From positions 120,962,001 through 121,026,000 of the forward strand of contig OX597814.1 of assembly GCA_951406725.2 (NCBI GenBank): a stretch of 64,000 bases of DNA. The letters run 5' to 3'. The DNA comes from Octopus vulgaris (taxonomy: Eukaryota). Shown piece after piece: positions 14,294-28,350 of the stretch. The notes beneath the pieces were generated by a model, which worked only from the letters and a program-made list of their open reading frames with translations, was not told the DNA's origin and did no database searches. Positions within the stretch are counted from its first letter, which is position 1, and the number at the start of each line of letters is the position of its first letter. A program made the translations under genes and the position numbers.

Positions 14294-14515
14294 TTGGGTT
14301 ATCCGGAAAGTTCGTGCCAATTTTTAAAGGAAAGAAAGAGGCCAATAAATTCTTGATATATTTTTAATCAACCAAATATGAACCATTTTGCTGCACAATG
14401 CGTCTCCATCTTTTCTTTAGCTTGAAAATACCCTCTTCCCAGAATTGAGGTGCCTGGGAACGTAAGTCGAAAGGTAAGCTACTATAAATCGGCACAAAAT
14501 TTTCGGACAAAGCAA
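14294..14515 (-). mobile_element. Internally deleted mariner (MITE-like) derivative
   Basis: ~30-bp imperfect TIRs ttgggttatccggaaagttcgtgccaattt / aaatcggcacaaaattttcggacaaagcaa with flanking TA; retains transposase C-terminus FWEEGIFKLKKRWRRIVQQNGSYLVD*. Confidence 0.85.
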
Positions 14516-16119
14516 TACTTTTGTCTGTGTTACTGCTGTACGCATCAGTGATGTATTTGTTATGTAAAGAAAAGTTCAGCGCTGGGGACTAGAAACACTC
14601 TAGGGGTTTTTCCATTTGGTTTTCAAATTCACTATGAGCTTCGCTAATATTTGCTTGCAGGCATTTAATTGATATGTTTCCTGTTTACAAAATTGAAGAA
14701 TATCATGACTCACGGTCTACAACATTATGCCTCAACATTAAATCCCATGCAAGTGTTGAATGAGTTGCTTAATTATGACGTGTTCGTGTTAAGAATGCCT
14801 CAAAGTATCAAGGTACCAGGCAAATATTCACTTAGCAAAGCCATAAAACAAAGAACACATTAACAAGCTCGATCTTCATGTATCTCTACTGTGGAGCTAA
14901 ACGAGAATTCATTCTCTTCGAAATAATATAATATAATGTAAACTTCCCTCATGATCAATTTGCTGCTTTCCTCATTGTCACTTATAAAGCCAAGCAATAT
15001 ACAGGTCACCCAATAACATCTCCTTGCCATTCAAATGAATCGTGTTTACTCCTTGCTTACGTGTTGCTCACAGCCAGCAAACACAGTGAATACACACACG
15101 ATAGACTTTAATAGACAACAGGAATTTAGAAAAGATCTGAACAATACACTGAATAAGAGCAGAACACTAAGTAATCAACAAAAGTAAGTCCACTTAATTC
15201 CTCGAATAAGTAGCTACCACATCACATTTGCATCACATCGTAATGCACTGGAACTGGAAATACGCATTCAGAATAATGTGAGCCCGAAATATGACGCTTC
15301 AAAAGTGGGGGAAAAAAGAACTTCTGAGATGATCATGTCAAAAACATGTTTTTCATAATGTATGCTCGAACACCCTACCCTGCATCGAAACAACTCTATT
15401 GAAAAAAGAAAGAAGCTCTATCATATACACTGTGGATCTATCGGTTCAGTATGGTTTTACTGATCACATTTCAAATTCTAGCATATGCTATGCTTGCTTG
15501 AGTGTAGATACGTATAACCTGTTGCTCCTATTCCTCTGCTAATCGTACTATCTAAGTACCTGTATTTGTTTATGTCTTTATTTATATAACTACTCAGACA
15601 TAGCTAAACGATATGAAGCGATCGGGTACGCTGCATCATTAAAATATAAGAACACACATATACACATATACGTGAAAATATATGAATGCATTTCTGCAGG
15701 AGCAACACCAAGGCCAATTTAGCTTTCAATTCAGCTTTTATAATATAAAAATATCTATTTTGAACTAATACTGATTCTGTTTCACAAAACGTATTTTTAT
15801 TATAGTGCAATATTTTTGCGACAACAATGATTTTTTTCATTAATTTACTTTAGCAATGATGATTGAGTTTGTCATAGTTTGTTGTTACACGTGGGTACTT
15901 GCTACTGATGACACACAATGAAGTAGAAACCTCCATTTCGCAATACTACCGCTGCTGCTGATTTTTTTTTTTTTTTGCTGTTTGTATATTTTTGTCTTAT
16001 TTAATACTATACGTTCATAGAAGTATTATTTCAGAATGAATGCAGTACTAAATTTGGATTTTTGCGATGTATCTGCATTAAGCATGATACACAGATTTCT
16101 ATCTACCTATATCTGTCTA

Positions 16120-16156
<37 letters not shown>

Positions 16157-17649
16157 AACTTTCTGTTGTTTAATCAGATGAAACTGAAATTAAATATCGC
16201 TATAACGAGAAGTTTCTCGTACTGTAAAAAGTGCACGTTTAGGTTGGAAAGTTATTAGAAATATAATGCAATTAGTAACAGCATTAACAAAGCATTGGAA
16301 AATGAACGTCATTTAATTTACGTACATTTTAAAAGTGTATTTTAATTTCAGTATTTACTGTTATACTTTCAGTAAATTAATTCTTATTGTAGCTTTTTGA
16401 TAATTTGCCATAAGAGTTGTAATGTGTTGAAAGTTATAAAAATTGCCTATAAGCAAAAGAGGAAGATATACTTTTAGTCGTAACCTACTTACGATTTTGA
16501 ATAGTGAATGACACCTTTCTCAGCGCAGTTGCGTGTAATATATAATTTCAATCCCTGGCAGAAATTTTGTAAATTAGCGAGTTTTCCTTAGAACACAACC
16601 GTCCGTAGTGTTAGAATGGTTGAACATTAAAGACAGATATGTTTTGCCCGTTGAAGTTTGTATAAATAAATGCAGAAATATTCGATGAGGCCGCTGCGGA
16701 AAGCTATTAAATGGATGAACCGATGCGTTCACTGTTTTTCAATAAACAACAAGTAGATGATCTCACCACCGTCGACATTTTGAACATGGCTCGAGAGAGA
16801 TGTATGCGATAAATCTTCAAAAATCACTCTGAGCTTCAGGGAATATTATGGGCTAAATTCAACGTTTCTGAAAAAATGTAACACAACTAAACCTATTTTC
16901 TGGCATCCGTTTTTCTCAGCATCAAAACTGGTACCTCATCAGATTGCTTAGAATTCTTCTGATCTGCTGGGATTAAATTGATCGTTTTCCATCAGAGCCG
17001 AACGTAGCCATATATATCAAAGGCTTAAAGACTTGCACATAGAATGAAGGAATCCTACAAATTCGATTAGTTGTAGCAATGTTATGTTTTGCGAGTTTCA
17101 TGACAGTGATCATTAAGATAAGTATAGCCTATCCGAAAATATTCCAGAAGAGTTTATTCCCAAACGCCGAATATATTTCAAGCGTATATATCCGATAAAT
17201 AAATTATGGAAAACGCATGATATTAACGTTCAACAACAGCATTCTACGTAATGGCGTCAATTGCTTTTTTAAATAGTAAATAATATTAAAGAAATTGAAA
17301 GAAATCTTATTGTCGAACTTATAAAGTAGACGTTTCAGTGATCGTGGACATGATCACATTCTGAGTAATTTCTGTACAATTGTACAGGCTGCACTAACAG
17401 AGTGATCAACAGTATATACACTGAATAAGGTACGCAATTGTCTCTTTTACTGCCAATTTCGTACACATACACACACACAAACAAACATATATCGACAAGT
17501 ACAGGTACATATATAAATTGATTTATAGATAGATAGAGAGGGAGAAAGAGAGAGAGAGCGCGGGGGAGAGAGACAGAGAGAAATGTTATATTCACCAAAA
17601 TATTATTCATTGTGTTCATCATGTTATATTGATGTCTATACCGTGAAAT

Positions 17650-18245
17650 GATGCAAATGTTTTTTTGTATTTTTTCAAGTTGATTGTCAAGCCAAAATCA
17701 TCACAAGCCTAGTCAAATGCAGATACAAGAGATTGCAGACTTGTTTCCGAATGATTGACAAGATCGCAATCGTCAGCATACGAAAGATCCCTAATGAGTG
17801 AAGTAATAAACTTTTTGAATTTCAGGCTGGTCAGATTAAAAGCATTTCCTGTTCTTCCTTATTTTCTGTAAATACCCTCCTCAGAGTTTTGAAAAGCGTG
17901 TGACAACGCAACAGCAAAATATATTTCAAAGGGGGTGGGTGCATCAAGATCAACTTGCTTGACGCCATTTTCTACCGCAAAAGATTCAGAGAGCCTACAG
18001 TTAAAATTAACTCTAGCTTTGAAATCTTGATGCAAAGCCCTGATATTTTCTTTAGAATTAGCCACAGAGCATTTCCCTTAACAGTATCGAAAGCTTTACT
18101 CAAATCAACAAAGCAATGATACAGGTTAAGATTCTGTTGAATGCAATTTTCTTCAAATTTTTTGATAGTAAAGATACGATAAACTGTGCCCCTGGAGGAG
18201 CGAAAACCACACTGTTCTTCGCTTAAACATTCGGAACACCGAGTA
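17650..18245 (-). mobile_element. RTE-clade LINE reverse transcriptase fragment
   Basis: Minus-strand motifs EEQCGFRSSRGT, FVDLSKAFDT, NGVKQ, LSYADD with frameshifts. Confidence 0.85.
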
Positions 18246-18351
18246 CTATAATGACAACTTACTGTTTGTTCGAAATTATAACATATATAAATATTCCTGT
18301 TTGTCTAATAACTAGATCTCATTCTTTTGTTGTCCCTTTATATTATTATTA

Positions 18352-18412
<61 letters not shown>

Positions 18413-18414
<2 letters not shown>

Positions 18415-20183
18415 TATGTTTGACTTTTGCTTTATATTTGTACAAGTTGGCTCCAAGTCTCACCCAGTGACCTCAAGAAACAACAGGTTGGAAGTTCATG
18501 TTGTTGTTATGCCTAGTGTGCCATATATTGGGGGGGGGGTTGTACTAATGAATGTCTAAAAAGAATAAATAAATAAATAAATAAAATAAATAAATAAAAC
18601 ATTTTTAATAAAAAAAATTAAAATTTTTTTTTTTTTTCCTTTCCCTTAAAAACCGAAAATTATGTTTGTTTTAAACCTTGAGATTACATAGAAATTATTT
18701 TGCGTAGGATATGAGCAGTTCCAATGAGCACTATCTTTTGAATTTCTGCCATTTTTGGGTTTCCTGGTATCTGAGTTAGGTAGCTATAAGCCCCTTTTGC
18801 TATCATTCCCAGGGCACCTATGAGAACAGGTATTGTTTTAGTCTTCAGGTTCCACATTTTGCTGAGTTCGATTTCAAGATCTTTATATTTGCTCAGTTTT
18901 TGGTAGGTCTTGACAGATACGTTTATATCGATTGAGACAGTCATATCAATGAGGAGGCATCTTCTTTGTTTGAAGTCTTTCAATATGATGTCTGACCTAT
19001 TTGCATCTATCTTTCTGTCAGTTTGGATGGCGAAGTTCCAGAGGAGTGAGATGTGGTCATTTTCAAGCACTGGAGGTGGTTTGTGTTCCTACCAGTTTTT
19101 TTTCATGGGGCAAATCCAGGTTTTTGCAGATTACCCAGTGAATATATTGTGCAGCTCTATCGTGTCTGTTGAGATACTCTGTAGGCGCTAGACGACTGCA
19201 CTTGGAGACCACATGGTCAATGGTTTCATTTTGTTGCTGGCATACACGACACGTTGGACTGCTTCTGATCTTTAATATGTTGGCCTGGTAGTTTCTTGTT
19301 GGTAGGCATTGATCTTGAGCTGCTATGATAAACCCCTCTGTTTCAGATTTTAAGCCAGAGGCCATTAGCCATTGATGGGTCAGGGCTTTGTCAACATCTA
19401 CATTATTTGCTCTCTTTGGGTATTTGCCATAGAGAGGTTTTTCTTGCCATTTATCATTCAGAATATCTAAGGCTACAGATTTAGCACGGGTTTTCATGCG
19501 CTTAGCTTTTTCTGTGCCTGTTTCTTGTGTGTCTATCTCTAATTCCGAAATTTGTTGTATTCGGAATTCACTTAGATATTCCTTTGCCTGTTTTGTTACT
19601 GCGTATGATGCTTTCTTGTTTTCATGTTTTGAGACAAGTTTTAACATCCAGTCCTCAGAGTTTTTCAGGTAGGTGTCTAGGCTAATTGTAGCAATCTTCA
19701 TTGTTATTGTCAGTTGTAAAAGTCCACGGCCTCCTTCTTTTCTTGGCATATAAAGTCGTTCTGTATCTGCCTTAGGGTGGTGCATTCTATGCATTGTCAA
19801 CAGTTTTCGTATTTTCCTGTCAAGATTACATATTTCAGTAATTGACCAGTTAACGATATTGAAACTGTAAGTCACAACTGGTATGGCCAATGCATTGATC
19901 GCTTCGATCCTGTTTCTCGCATTCAGCTCTGTCTTGAGTATTGCTCTTACTCTGCAATAACATTCTCTCCTGATCCTTTCCTTCATCTCTGAATGCTTTA
20001 TTCCTTCTCCTTCAATTACCCCTAGATACTTGTAGTTCTCTGCTGGGTATAATTCTTTTATGACATTCTGCTGGTCAAGGTTAACGTTAGATGTTTCTGT
20101 CATTTTTCCTTTGATAAAGGTAACTTTTGCACACTTATCGAGGCCAAATTGCATTCTGATGTCATCACTGAATTGTTTGACAA
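18413..20183 (-). mobile_element. 5'-truncated R4/Dong-like non-LTR retrotransposon (RT C-terminus, CCHC knuckle, restriction-like endonuclease)
   Basis: ORFs 19063-20289 and 18684-19070: FGLDKCA, YKYLG, RKEGGRGL, CRVC...ETIDHVVSKC, RHD, R(P/S)DI, LIDMTV, KLSKY; one frameshift at an A-run; (TAA)n tracts on both sides. Confidence 0.9.
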
Positions 20184-20189
20184 TTATTA

Positions 20190-20286
<97 letters not shown>

Positions 20287-20449
20287 CATTATTATTATTA
20301 TATATAAAGTTTAATTTATATAATTTATATAAATTGGTGTTTGCTAAATTTTTCTTGAGAACATCCCCTTCTTAGTGGTATGACCATAGCGTATCATCTT
20401 CTAGCATAATGAACGCTCACTTATAAGTGACTCCTTTTATATGTATGTA

Positions 20450-20653
<204 letters not shown>

Positions 20654-20904
20654 AATTGAGATAGGGGTTGTAAATGCAACCCTCCATGGGATAACATATA
20701 TCCAATATACTGCTAGTGAAGTACTCAACAAAGTTAATACATAAATGTTAAGAATTGCGATGCAATTAATTCATTTACTGTATTATATGGGCAAAGGTAA
20801 AATGTTTTACCACAAATTCATAATACAAAATAAGAAAATAGAGAAATACATCGAAATACATCTTACAGGTCAATATGTAGTTATAAATGAGACATATGTC
20901 TCAT

Positions 20905-22574
20905 TTAGGAGTTTGTGGGTCTTCAGGAAGTCAGCTATCCTTGATCTTAACACTCTTTCAAACACTTTAATGATGTGGGAGGTGAGTGAGATTGGGGTAT
21001 AGTTGACTGCGAGGGATCTGTTTCCCTGTTTGAAAACCTGGATGACCGACTGGGATAGAAACTGTTTCGGTATATAACCTGCGTCTAATTAATTTCTCCA
21101 GAGGTTGGTCAGAGGGACTGCAAGTTGATATCTACATTCCTTCAGGAGACTAGCGGGAAATCTATCAGGGCCTACAGCGAAGTAATGTTTGACCTCATTT
21201 ATTGCTGCTACGATGTCAGTGGCAGTGAAGGTTATGTCTGAGATTTTGTGTTGGGAGTCAACTTCGTTCGTTTCCCTTACGTCAATATCAGTGGGAACAC
21301 TAAAGACAGAGCAGTATTGTTTCTGCAGTATTTCTGCCATTTCTTTAGCATCGTGTTGGGGAATGCCGTTATCATCAATCAATAGCCCAATGGGTGAGAC
21401 AGTGGTTCTATGCTTATTTGCATAAGAATAGAACACTTTAGGGTTCTGTTTGATGTTTTTGATTACCCATTGTTCCTCCACAGCTTTTTGATTTTCAATG
21501 GATGTTTTCATGTTGGTCTGCAGATGAAGTTTTTCCAGCTCTAGTCTTTTCATTGTTGTTGAATGTGGATGTGTGTGGGAATATTTTAATTGGTTGATTT
21601 TTTTGTTGAGTCTTTTGATGCGCCTGATGAGTGTTTTTTTTTCTTTTTAGGAAGCCGGTTTCTGTTTGCGTTAGTAGATTTCTTGGGAGCGTGTTTAGAG
21701 CATGTATAGGTGACAATGTTTTCAAAGTGCTGCCACGCGGTCTCAATATGAGAGGAATTGAGAGTAAAAGACCAGTCGATGGAAGACAGATCCTTTCTGA
21801 TTGTTCCCCAGTCCGCTTTGTGGAAGTTTATGTTGTCAAATGGGTGCCATGGAGTGGGATTGGCTGGTTTGGTTTTTATATGTCGGGAATTAAGATTGCA
21901 GAGTACCATGTCGTGGTCTGAGAGGAGAGTTTTTTCGACTGAAATACTGTGAACGTAGCTAGAGTGATTGGTCAATACCAGATCCAAGATCGTTTTATTC
22001 TGTCTCGTTGGTTCGAGCACTAGCTGAGTCAGGAAATATTCATCCATCAGATTAAAGAGCAGTTCTGCTGCTGCTCTATCTGATGTAGAGCACTTGCCTA
22101 ACTTCAGAGTATTTGTGGGCCAGTTCACATGAGGGAGGTTAAAATCACCCATCACTAGTATGTTTCCGAAGTGGTACTTCCGAAGGAAGGACTTGACTTT
22201 GCTAAGGCACTCTTTAAAGTACTTTAGAGGTGCCTGGGGAGGCCTGTAAAGACCAACAATGGTTATGTCCTTGGCTTTGTTGTATAGTGATACCGATTCA
22301 CAGTAGCCATTGGAAAATATGTCCTTGGCATCAAGTGAAAAGGAGTCATGGATAAAGATGGCTGTCCCTCCCTTATTTCGGTATGTGCGATCCGCACGAA
22401 CAATGGTGAAATCTTTTATTTTCACCTCTGCGTCCATATGGGTGTTGTTCAGGTGAGTCTCGGTAAGGATAAAGAAGGGAAGCAATGTGCCATTTCGGCA
22501 AGCCAACTCTCTATATATGGGATCTTCCATTTTTGGCCAATAATTGATGGGTTGATGCCACGTACATTTAACAG

Positions 22575-22575
<1 letters not shown>
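20905..22575 (-). mobile_element. CR1/L2-group LINE ORF2 fragment (APE endonuclease plus linker to RT start)
   Basis: LTETHL, DR...KGGTAIF, YRPP, GDFNLP, PTR...LDLVLTN, LSDH, KQNPKVFYSY, GPD, PISLTSH motifs; frameshifts. Confidence 0.9.
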
Positions 22576-22631
<56 letters not shown>

Positions 22632-22807
22632 CAGGCATGTAATTTTCCTATATGAATGTGTAAAACTTTATGCCCCTAGATGCACGTATGAGTGTTTCTC
22701 TGTATGTGTTTTAAAATCTAATTTCGGTGTATTTCAATATCTATTAAAATATTTCTTTTAACTTAATAGGTAGAAATTTGCATCCTCATTTTATTTCTCA
22801 TTCTAAT

Positions 22808-22846
<39 letters not shown>

Positions 22847-23971
22847 TATACTAATTTGTATTTATTTATTTATTGGTAAAAGACATTAAAATGGCATATG
22901 TGTTTCGGGTTGGAAATAATTGGTATTACTTTTATTCCAGCACACCTATATTAACGTATTGTGCCATTTTACATTGTGGTGTCTTGGAGTAATTACATTT
23001 CAATAGGAAAGGAAGTAGGATTTCTATTTCATTAATTTTCCCATTTTTACATTTGATTTCAACTTGATACATTGAAACTTGACAGTCGATGATATTAGTG
23101 TTGTTTAACCCTAGGCTATTTTATTCAGAACGCCAACACGTAGAAGCCATCGATTCAACACCATCACATAATTTTCATATATGCTTCTTTTCAGAAATAC
23201 TGAGCCATATTCTACATCATTCGATAGAATGTTAGATATCTTGCAAGAAAAATGTTTGGATTTAAAATGAGTTTTAGTAAGGATGTCGAAGAAATTGATT
23301 GAAAATGGAATAGCTTGTGCGTTTTCTCGTACAATGATATTAAATAGAGCTAGCTATTACTTTGTACTGTATATCTTCGGTTTAAAAGAGCATTAATAGA
23401 ACAATATCTAAGGCTTCCTTCTCGACCTCTTATTATCACCTCTAAAAATTTGGCTATTCTTTTCAACCACTCTAAAACTGGAGAAAGACTTCTATTCCTG
23501 TATTATATTATCGTTGTTTGTGTTTTTCTTTCCTTTTATTTTTTTTCTCTTATCTTTCGTTATTTCTTCTTCAGCATACGCAACAACGTCTTCGCTATCA
23601 TCATTGTCGTCACTACCAGCATCAATGACAACAGCATGAAAATCATGATTACTATGTAATATAATATTTTCCCACAGTTAGGGGACAAGGACACAAATTT
23701 GAGGGGTGGGGATTTATTCGATTCCATCAATCCAGCTTTAGAATGGTACTTTATTAATCGAACTGCGATGGATAAAAACATGTTTGTCGGTGTGATTGGA
23801 GCTGAGAATGTAAAGAGATGGATAAGTTCAGTATACCTCTGTGAGCTCGCTAACCCATTCTTGTAAATAATATCTTTACTACTACCCAACAATGAAGGAG
23901 TGTTTTTCCACTTGGAACTAAGATGCGCTTAATGGTCACTGCACTACACTATAATAAAAATAATAAATGCG

Positions 23972-24215
23972 CCCTTTTAAAGCCTAGCCAGGCTCATGGG
24001 TCCGGTTTCACGGTTTCAATGGTGTATGTGTTCCCCAGTTGGACGGAACGCCAGTTCATCGCAGCGTTACTCATTTTTGCCAGCTGAGTGGACTGGAGCA
24101 ACGTGAAATGGAGTGTTTTGCTCAAGAACACAACGCGTCGCCCGGTCCAGGAATCGAAACCACACTCTTACGATCATGATGGTCACACACTATCCACTAA
24201 GCCACGCGCCTCTAC
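23972..24215 (-). mobile_element. SINE family C copy
   Basis: aagcctagccaggctcatggg...ggacggaacgccagttcatcgcagcgttactc...ggaatcgaaacc...ccactaagccacgcgcctc, homologous to 12435 copy. Confidence 0.75.
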
Positions 24216-25029
24216 GCACTACACTATATCCTAAATATTACAAATTTAGTTTTCCCGATTAATCAATTCATTTTCTTTTAATTTTTCATATAGTTACTTA
24301 ACGTTTTGTAGTTCCGTCTAGCAGCTTTCATAAGTTATTCATAATTTGACTTCTCGCATTTAATTTTACTTAACTGTTTAAGAAGGTAGTTGCTAGTTTT
24401 TCTATAGGCTACCTTGTAACATTCTAGTTGATCTTTAATTCCAGTATAGGTCAACCAGCTCTCAGGGAAGATCCTTATTGAATTTATTGTCACCGATAAT
24501 TGATTCCTGCTTATTACGGCGTAATAAAAGAAAAGACAAATCTCATAACTTTTCCTTGGAGTCCTCTATGCGGGCTGGGAGGAAGGACATAGATATCGTC
24601 AGACTGGTCACCTACCAGGGAAGTTTGACAGGGAAGTCAATGAGCTTATGATAGCATCGTTCCGGGCGTCGGAATTTTATTATTGCTTGCTTTTGAACGC
24701 AACTAGCATTTCCTATTTAACCACACCTTCTTCAGAATGAATATCACCAGCTCACCAAACACCACCTTCTCCACGTTTTTCATCACCTCACCTCACCATC
24801 ACGTTCACTGTCACAAACGCCATCTCCAAATGCTCCTCATTTTCCCAGTGGGTCGAGGAATATTACCAATTCATCCCCATAACTTGTTTCAACGTCATCT
24901 TCATCATCATGATCATCATGACCCTCATCATCATCATCAGCAACAATAGCAACGTCATCATCATTATCATAATCAACACCATATTGTAAGGGAGAGATCA
25001 TACATAATTCTCTACTATCTCTCTCTCTT

Positions 25030-25254
25030 CTGTTGACTTTTACTTGTTTCAGTTATCTGACAGTGGCCATGCTGGGGCACCGCCTTTAATCGAGCAAATC
25101 AACTCCAGAACTTATTTTTGTAAGCCTAGTACTTATTCTATCGCTCTCTTTAGACGAACCGCTATGTTTCGGGGATGTAAACACACCAGTATCGGTTGTG
25201 AAGCAATGTTGGGGGGGGGGGACAAACACAGACACACAAACATACACATACACT

Positions 25255-25302
<48 letters not shown>

Positions 25303-25775
25303 TAATCCAAACAAGAAAACAAAAAAGACAACAACGCAAAAGGTGGAACAATTAAAGTATTATTAGGCGCTCAGGAAAAAAGGGAAGAAGGAGGATATGA
25401 CGTTTCGAGCGGAGCTCTTCTTCGGAAACATAAGAGAAAGAAAGATCCCGAGGTGGGAGGACAGAGGGAAAAAACGCGAGTGGTCTTCACGAGGTAAACA
25501 TACTGAAAGGCGGAAGTCGTAGACGAGAGGGGACAGGTTTTCAAAGACAGGAGAGCGGAAAAAGAAGGAAGGTAAAACACAATGAGTGAGATGAAGAATA
25601 TATATATACATATATACAACGAGCTTCTTTCAGTTTGTCTACCAAATCCACTCACAAGATTTTGGTCGGCCTTAGGCTATAGTAGAAGACACTTGCTCAT
25701 GATGCCACGCAGTGGGACTAAACCCGGAACCATGTAGTTCGTAAGCAAGCTTCTTACCACACAGCCACTCATACG
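25030..25775 (-). mobile_element. SINE family B copy interrupted at its (TA)n by a second element (25300-25595)
   Basis: 3' half 25030-25260 and 5' half 25615-25775 are colinear with the 52471 copy. Confidence 0.8.
25300..25595 (-). mobile_element. Short (TA)n-inserted non-coding element with variant minimal hammerhead-like motif
   Basis: Homologous to 45412-45625 and 46000-46072; minus strand 25430-25395 reads guuu CCGAAGAA gagc ucc gcuc GAAA cg UC. Confidence 0.55.
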
Positions 25776-26570
25776 CCTCTGTAGCTCATTGCATAGAATT
25801 TACTAGGTGACATGGTTTATTGAGCTTGAAAAAAATGAAATCGAAGTCGATCCTAGTAGAATTTGAACATAAAACATAATGGTATAAGAATAAATATGGC
25901 ACAGATTTTATTCTGGCTTTCGAACGTCTGTTCTACTTTTCAAACATTAGTATTAATATTGATAGCATTCGTTTGTACATACTATTTGACTATATATGCA
26001 CAGAAGCATACAACTTATTATATCGAATACATAATTATACTGACAGGAGCCAATACTTCTCAGAGTATACATTAGAAATATGACATACTGATAGAATAAA
26101 ATGAGCTTGACAACAAGTATATAACAGAAGTATGTTCAGATATATAAGAGAAAAGTAAAAAGATAAATCAATGACACCCGATTTTCCATGAGGAAATTTA
26201 ATAGAAGGTGAAAAGCGAAATCTAAATGGAATTCAATGCGTTGGAGACAGATAGTTAACTCAATTGCCTTCAGTGATGATTGTTCATTCTTAGTGGTTAA
26301 TTATACAGCCTGAGGTTGTAAATGAGAAACTGAAGAGCGAGCAGAGGGTTAATAGTTGTTACTTGTATTCGGGAACACTTTAATTAGCCAGTTCAATTCC
26401 TGTCTGAATATGCGTCTTCGGGCAAAATACAATTTTCTTATTCACCACCAAATTATCTTTCCTTGTGTACCGAACTTTTGTACTTTGAGAATATTATACT
26501 TATGCAGTTATGTATGCATGCATGTATGTATGTATGAATATTCCTATACATATATTTATATGTTAACACA

Positions 26571-26625
<55 letters not shown>

Positions 26626-27263
26626 CGTATTGTTTAATATATTCGTGTGTGTGTAATCTATATATATGCATATATATATATATATGTATGTGTATGTACA
26701 CCGTTTATCATATATTAAATGTGATACATGTTTCCTTCGGGGTATAAACTTTCTACTAAGAAAGGTTGTCCAACAGGATACAAAATACAGCAATATAGAG
26801 TTACCATTTACCTATACGTATAAATGAAAATATACGTTTCCCTAAAATGAATCACAAATATGTGTTTGTATGTTCGATTGTGTGAATGATTTTCTGAAAC
26901 TTTGCATGCATGTTGGAGATTTTATGCGTGTGAGAGTAAATCAGTCGTATATTGAATATTGGGCGGTCACCATCGGATTAATTTGTAAGATTTTCATAAA
27001 AGTTAAAAGAAGCGTATTGCTTTCTTAGTGCATAGGAAGTACTGTGATATATTTAATGAAACTTTGGTGATGGAATATAGACAGACATGTGTGTGTGCGT
27101 GTGAGAGAGAGAGAGAGAGAGAAAAAGTGATCCACTAGAAAATTGCTAAGATATTAATACGGTTTCTTCACATGAAACAAATGGTAGACTTAATATGCTA
27201 ATAAAGAAACTTTTTTCATACTGACGCGGTGTTGAGCACTCGTTGACATTGTTCCTCACTTAC

Positions 27264-27299
<36 letters not shown>

Positions 27300-27302
<3 letters not shown>

Positions 27303-27700
27303 GCACCGTTCACAACATAGTAAGCTATTCCTATAGCTACTACACTGGATCTAGCACCATTTTAAACAAAGATATTATGCATATATAAACTCGTTTAAAT
27401 ATAAAGAGAATAACAATATCACATCATAAGACAGCCACGCCTAATTAATAGAAAAATACAATATAAACTTTCCTAGGCTATAATAGACTCGGGTATCCTA
27501 TATCAGGGCCAGCACTCCAGATGTGGATTCTGCTTAAAAGAAGCCCTCAAAATTTTAATCTACAACTCACCACAATTGCTTAATAAATACAACGATGCAT
27601 TCACTACGTGAAAGCACACATTCTTCTGCATTTTTCAATTCTTTCATAAATCTAAATATAAGTTCACACACCCCTCTGACGAATAGCACCCATATATAAA
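27300..27700 (+). pseudogene. Decayed Penelope-like GIY-YIG endonuclease C-terminal region
   Basis: Manual translation: CTV...YYTGSS..FKQRYYAYINSFKY...IIDSGILY...RCGFCLKEALKIL...LLNK...*KH, colinear with the PLE at 31100-31500; several stops and frameshifts. Confidence 0.7.
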
Positions 27701-27979
27701 CCCCAATATCCATGAACACATACATCTCTATATCTCTTCTATTTCTCTTATATTTCTATATCGCGTATTTCTACCTTATATCTCTTATATCTACTTTACC
27801 TCATCACGTTATGAGACATATATTAATACTTTAATATATCTTTAATGCATTTTTAAACATTAACCCAATAAATCCCCTAATATCTAATTCTAATTCCCAC
27901 TCATAAATAATTTAACTTTCACACTACTGCTCAATTCTCTACTACCTACACACCCATAACCCCATTGCTAAATATAACT

Positions 27980-28350
27980 TACGTTACAAGGATGTTTGCA
28001 AAAGGGATATGAAGGCCTGCAACATCAACATTAGCGGTTGGGAGGCAGTCGCCAGCAACCGTGGAGAATGGCGACGTACAGTAAAAGAGGGTATACAGAG
28101 GAATGACAGAAAGAGAGAGGAGAAATGGAAAGAAAGGAAGAGACATAAACAAGAGACCATGGCACTACAACCAGCCAGGAAGTCTTCGCTACATTTGCAG
28201 TACCTGCCAGAGGGAGTGTTTGTCCAGGATAGGACTACACAGCCACAGCAAGAAATGTAACAGGAAATAAAATATAACAGCCGGACTAGACCTAGAAAAA
28301 AAAAAAAAATGCGCAACTCCATTGTCTCCCGAGACAGAAAGGATGCCAAA
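27980..28350 (+). mobile_element. RTE (BovB-like) LINE 3' end
   Basis: RYKDVCKRDMKACNI...WEAVASNRGEWR, C2H2-like C-terminus (C..C...SRIGLHSH), 3' tail ccattgtctcccgagacagaaaggatgcca. Confidence 0.85.

Noticed and set aside
27670-27705. ctgacga after the decayed PLE stop as a hammerhead
   Set aside because: GAAA and stem I partner not recognisable; at most a relic
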